From Macrostomum lignano (taxonomy: Eukaryota): 24,339 nt of DNA. Numbering within the stretch: the first letter of the stretch is position 1; each line of letters starts with the position of its first letter. Made by a program: the position numbers and the translations under genes. Below the pieces are notes generated by a model that was given only the letters and a program-made list of their open reading frames with translations, made no database searches and had not been told where the DNA came from. Below, one piece after another: positions 21,049 through 24,339 of this stretch. The stretch covers positions 1-24,339 of the forward strand of contig NIVC01005160.1 of assembly GCA_002269645.1 (NCBI GenBank), given 5' to 3'.

Positions 21049-22085
21049 CTGCGAAGAACAAAACTCCACCGGCGCACCCAAGCGAAGATTTTGGAAGCGT
21101 GTGTGTGTGTAGAAAGTACGCTCTTTTTCAACGTGGGAGCCCGCCCGTTCTACAAATCTGAACTAAAAAAGATGCAGAAGGCAATGGGCAGGAGGTGCAG
21201 ATACATATGGAGCAGCAAGACTAAATCACCCCTGATCGAATGGAGGAAAAGGCGTTAACATGTGGGATGTATGAAAAGAACTCCACATAGACAGCATCGA
21301 ATGGAAAGCAGAAAAAGCGCACTGGAGACGGATGGGTCATGTATCAAACAACCCAGGCACCAGCCTAGCTAAAATCTGCATCACGAGATGGAGTAAGAAC
21401 CTGGAAGGAGTGAGGAAGGCGAGACTACGAAACCAGACAATCGTGTCCTTCTGGAAGAAAATAGTTAAAAGAGCAGGCCTCAAGGAGACTGATATCAAAA
21501 GAACGGTAACAGACAGGGAGCTCTGGCAAGCACCTGTAAAACAACGCGAGGACCAAGCGAAACAAGAAGAAGAGAAGGGGTGCACGAGAGGGTACCAAGA
21601 CGCGGACCCGGGCACAGGCAGAAAGAGAAGAAGACAGAAACAGAACTAACCGGCTACCGATGTCGATACGAGGATCATCACGAGGAGGACTGGCAATACA
21701 TCAGAGAATGATTCATCACAGGGAGGCAAAGGTAACACTCAAATTTAACGGATGCAACGCGACGTTCAACTCAGAAGCCACACGCAAGAACCGCGCAAAG
21801 TGTTGCAGAGGCGGACGTAGCGAGAGCGGGAGGGTACAATGCACAAGCTGTGGACGATGGCAGAGCAGGTCAAATTTCGCAGACACGCAAAGGCATGCCA
21901 GCCTGGCAGGCCCGTCAAGCAAGTCCACATCATGGCAGTCGCGAGAGTGTACCGCAGCGAGAAAGGAAAATGCCCGATTTGCGGACGACTATTAGCAAAA
22001 ACAAATATGGCGAGACATAGAAGAGTGTGCGAACGAGACTGACCTGTCCAATCCGAAGCGTCGGCGATAAAGGAAGAAACAAGAC
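21049..22085 (+). pseudogene. RTE-group LINE, 3' segment (RT C-terminus, C2HC zinc fingers, 3' UTR)
   Basis: LRRTKLHRRTQAKILEAC..ESTL, MGHV, then CTSCGRWQSRSNFA/RHAKAC (21840-21898) and CPICGRLLAKTNMARHRRVC (21971-22030). Stop at 22040-22042, ~43-nt UTR, then the GAT array. Confidence 0.85.
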
Positions 22086-22295
22086 GATGCTGATGATGAT
22101 GATGATGGTGATTATGATGATGATGATTGTGATTATGATGATGATGGTGATGGTGATGATGATGATGATGGTGATTATGATGATGGTGATGGTGATGATG
22201 ATGATGATGATGGTGATAATGATAATGATGATGGTGATAATGATATGATGATGGTGATAATGATAATGATGATGGTGGTGATGATGATGATGGTG

Positions 22296-22327
<32 letters not shown>

Positions 22328-22329
22328 GG

Positions 22330-22360
<31 letters not shown>

Positions 22361-22635
22361 GATGATGATGGTAATGATGATGATGGTGATGATGATGGTG
22401 ATGATGATGATGATGGTGATGGTGATGATGATGATTGTGATTATGATGGTGATGGTGATGATTATGATGATGGTGATGGTGATGGTGATGATGATGATGG
22501 TAATGATGATGATGGTGATGATGATGATGGTGATGATGATGATGATGATGGTGATGATGGTGATGATGATGATGATGATGATGATGGTAATGATGATGGT
22601 GATGATGATGGTGATGGTGATGATGATGGTGATGG

Positions 22636-22666
<31 letters not shown>

Positions 22667-23115
22667 GATGATGGTGATGGTGATGATGGTGATGATGGTA
22701 ATGATGATGATGGTGATGATGATGGTGATGATGATGGTGATGATGATGATGATGATGATGATGATGGTAATGATGATGATGGTGATGATGATGGTGATGA
22801 TGATGATGATGGTGATGGTGATGATGATGATTGTGATTATGATGGTGATGGTGATGATGATGGTAATGATGATGATGGTGATGATGATGGTGATGATGAT
22901 GATGATGGTGATGGTGATGATGATGATTGTGATTATGATGGTGATGGTGATGATGATGATGATGGTGATTATGATGATGGTGATGGTGATGGTGATGATG
23001 ATGATGGTAATGATGATGATGGTGATGATGATGATGGTGATGATGATGATGATGATGATGATGATGGTAATGATGATGGTGATGATGATGGTGATGGTGA
23101 TGATGATGGTGATGG

Positions 23116-23146
<31 letters not shown>

Positions 23147-23226
23147 GATGATGGTGATGGTGATGATGGTGATGATGGTAATGATGATGATGATGATGAT
23201 GGTGATGGTGATGATGATGGTGATGG

Positions 23227-23257
<31 letters not shown>

Positions 23258-23361
23258 GATGATGGTGATGGTGATGATGGTGATGATGGTAATGATGATG
23301 ATGATGATGATGGTGATGGTGATGATGATGGTGATGGTGATGATGATGATGATGGTGATGG

Positions 23362-23392
<31 letters not shown>

Positions 23393-23508
23393 GATGATGG
23401 TGATGGTGATGATGGTGATGATGGTAATGATGATGATGATGATGATGGTGATGGTGATGATGATGGTGATGGTGATGATGGTGATGATGGTGATGATGAT
23501 GGTGATGG

Positions 23509-23546
<38 letters not shown>

Positions 23547-23817
23547 GTAATGATGATGATGGTGATGATGATGGTGATGATGATGATGATGGTGATGGTG
23601 ATGATGATGATTGTGATTATGATGGTGATGGTGATGATGATGGTAATGATGATGATGGTGATGATGATGGTGATGATGATGATGATGGTGATGGTGATGA
23701 TGATGATTGTGATTATGATGGTGATGGTGATGATGATGATGATGGTGATTATGATGATGGTGATGGTGATGGTGATGATGATGATGGTAATGATGATGAT
23801 GGTGATGATGATGATGG

Positions 23818-23849
<32 letters not shown>

Positions 23850-23898
23850 GTAATGATGATGGTGATGATGATGGTGATGGTGATGATGATGGTGATGG

Positions 23899-23929
<31 letters not shown>

Positions 23930-24188
23930 GATGATGGTAATGATGATGATGGTGATGATGATGGTGATGATGATGATGATGGTGATGGTGATGATGATGA
24001 TTGTGATTATGATGGTGATGGTGATGATGATGATGATGGTGATTATGATGATGGTGATGGTGATGGTGATGATGATGATGGTAATGATGATGATGGTGAT
24101 GATGATGATGGTGATGATGATGATGATGATGATGATGATGGTAATGATGATGGTGATGATGATGGTGATGTGATGATGATGGTGATGG

Positions 24189-24219
<31 letters not shown>

Positions 24220-24339
24220 GATGATGGTGATGGTGATGATGATGATGGTGATTATGATGATGGTGATGGTGATGGTGATGATGCTGATGGTAATGATGAT
24301 GATGGTGATGATGATGATGGTGATGATGATGATGATGAT
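22086..24339 (+). repeat. Compound (GAT/GGT)n microsatellite array with higher-order duplications, running off the window end
   Basis: More than 2.25 kb of GAT units interspersed with GGT, AAT, TGT and TAT variants. 22738-23066 is identical to 23518-23846. Confidence 0.99.

Noticed and set aside
21097-21111. (GT)n run within the RTE 3' segment
   Set aside because: A trivial in-frame slippage (ACVCVES, probably from ACVES) in a dead copy.
22245-24173. 642-aa Met/Val ORF
   Set aside because: This is a translation of the GAT/GGT microsatellite. The ATG frame stays open automatically and there is no non-repetitive coding content.

Overview
Eukaryotic (animal-like) window made almost entirely of transposable elements; no host gene, RNA gene or CRISPR array is supported. 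From left to right: AT-rich DNA with a Penelope-like GIY-YIG fragment and many TAGGCCTA palindromes; a 378-bp MITE with a 9-bp TSD; a decayed CMC/EnSpm-like transposase; a 5'-truncated Ty3/Gypsy element (Gypsy-A) with its 3' LTR; then an 11.4-kb nest bounded on both sides by (ATG)n arrays. The outer element of the nest is a degraded RTE-group LINE (basic leader with a 2A-like NPGP motif, APE, RT, C-terminal C2HC fingers). It is interrupted by a second Gypsy (Gypsy-B) and by a DD34D mariner. Gypsy-B is itself interrupted by a young, RNase H-bearing LINE (LOA/R1/Tad-like) in antisense, flanked by a perfect 268-bp direct duplication of the Gypsy RT. The window ends in a >2.2-kb (GAT/GGT)n array with higher-order repeats. 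All protein family calls come from motifs read by eye; no searches were run.
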